From Octopus sinensis (Eukaryota), in NCBI RefSeq assembly GCF_006345805.1, contig NC_043002.1, forward strand, positions 20,212,001 to 20,276,000: 64,000 nt of DNA. The letters run 5' to 3'. Position 1 is the stretch's first letter, and the number at the start of each line of letters is the position of its first letter. Made by a program: the position numbers and the translations under genes. The notes beneath the pieces are model-generated. The model was not told where the DNA came from. It did no database searches and saw only the letters and a program-made list of their open reading frames with translations. This document shows positions 63,881 to 64,000 of this stretch, piece by piece.

Positions 63881-64000
63881 ATATCCCCTCCATACACATA
63901 CATACATGTATATCATGACTCATACACTATTCACTTTCTTGACTTTTGTACATAATTCTATGTACTATATATGCACCTTTGATGAGTTGTAGTGCACCTA

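Noticed and set aside
58200-64000. Next upstream TTLL5 exon (expected ELTRKD...PQTF-type sequence)
   Set aside because: Searched by eye and not found; ORF 63083-63265 does not match, so the exon is presumably beyond the window.

Overview
AT-rich, SINE- and microsatellite-dense animal genomic DNA, most likely an octopus (inferred from the tRNA-derived SINE families with (CAT)n/(TA)n/(TG)n tracts that resemble the Octopus OK/OR families). One protein-coding gene is supportable: a tubulin polyglutamylase TTLL5 orthologue on the minus strand. I traced 21 phase-consistent GT-AG exons from 58177 down to 26175 (3232 nt) plus a candidate terminal exon at 22263-22353, about 1106 codons in total. The N-terminal exons lie beyond position 64000. 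The rest is repeats: at least five SINE families, RTE and CR1 LINE fragments, a deleted mariner, a hAT relic, TTAA-flanked piggyBac-type MITEs, a MITE with an 8-bp TSD and internal (TTAGGG)3, and a ~400-bp palindrome. The most notable observations are: (i) three degenerate Penelope-type minimal hammerhead-ribozyme motifs in different repeats, one at the tail of a tRNA-headed SINE; (ii) perfect foldback hairpins at two retroelement 5' junctions; (iii) a coding pentapeptide minisatellite inside TTLL5; (iv) a cluster of GGACCACGCCCA-like motifs in a SINE-poor tract 3' of the gene. There is no prokaryotic system, CRISPR array, rRNA or true tRNA. All alignments were done by eye, and comparisons to human TTLL5 are from recall.
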